From Campylobacterota bacterium (lineage in GTDB: Bacteria; Campylobacterota; Campylobacteria; Campylobacterales; Sulfurimonadaceae): a stretch of 28,954 nt of DNA. The stretch covers positions 1 through 28,954 of the forward strand of contig JAYEKO010000087.1 of NCBI GenBank assembly GCA_034661055.1, read 5' to 3'. A model generated the notes under the pieces. It did no database searches and was not told the DNA's origin. It saw nothing but the letters and a program-made list of their open reading frames with translations. This document shows positions 28,779-28,954 of this stretch, in pieces. Each line of letters opens with the position of its first letter. The stretch's first letter is position 1. Both the position numbers and the translations under genes were made by a program.

Positions 28779-28838
28779 GGTTCTAATCCTTTTTGTGAAT
28801 TTTATCTAATTTACATGTAAAAATGGTACTATTTAGAA

Positions 28839-28954
28839 ATGAAAGATCTATACGGCAGTGCCATCTTATTTTTTTACTTCTTGAAGTGGCCTATTCTCAT
28901 TGGCTTACCGCTACTTTACAGCCAAGGCCTACAAAACAATTTCATTTTAAACAT
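28839..28954 (+). CDS. Partial hypothetical membrane protein (MKDLYGSAILFFYFLKWPILIGLPLLYSQGLQNNFILN...), runs off the window edge
   Basis: Open frame from ATG 28839 to the window end, hydrophobic, with extended -10 TGGTACTAT at 28824-28832. Confidence 0.6.
   Translation, partial: MKDLYGSAILFFYFLKWPILIGLPLLYSQGLQNNFILN

Larger units (their letters stand above)
341..28821. repeat. Dispersed iterated palindrome (TT)TACATGTA(AA), 17 copies of the 8-mer core
   Basis: Core starts at 341, 1063, 2018, 3800, 5057, 5318, 6351, 7895, 11726, 12857, 15426, 22342, 22525, 24590, 25896, 26579 and 28812 (manual scan). Confidence 0.9.

Noticed and set aside
341..28821. Interpreting the TACATGTA repeats as a CRISPR array, REP/MITE or IS ends
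   Set aside because: Copies are only 8-12 bp, irregularly spaced over kilobases, mostly in-frame within genes, with no shared flanks, cas genes or transposase.

Overview
AT-rich (roughly mid-30s % GC by eye) chromosomal window, most consistent with a free-living Campylobacterota (Sulfurimonas/Sulfurovum-like). This is inferred from gene order (rsmH-ftsL-like / aldolase-like / ppiD-ftsA-ftsZ), AAGGA ribosome-binding sites and extended -10 promoters. It holds mostly housekeeping genes: the 3' end of a PilC/GspF-family gene, two tandem prepilins, a YyaL-like thioredoxin-domain protein, ppk2, thrC, pgm, a DsrE-like protein, a degenerate membrane-anchored peptide deformylase, DUF4332, an orphan RND transporter, rsmH, ppiD, ftsA, ftsZ, a small J-domain protein, an MlaF-like ATPase, prmC, an M48 peptidase, a Uup-like ABC-F, a secreted beta-helix protein and a Dabb protein. 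I saw no rRNA, tRNA, CRISPR array or transposase. The most striking signal not explained by the genes is a highly iterated palindrome, (TT)TACATGTA(AA). By manual count the 8-mer core occurs 17 times against about 1 expected, and 7 copies are the full 12-mer TTTACATGTAAA. Copies lie inside genes in all three frames and in promoter or intergenic positions, and one is extended to a perfect 30-bp palindrome between convergent genes. This resembles HIP1 or DNA-uptake-sequence systems. Also seen: two small ORFs with good RBSs, a truncated DUF309 remnant before pgm and three candidate leaderless genes.
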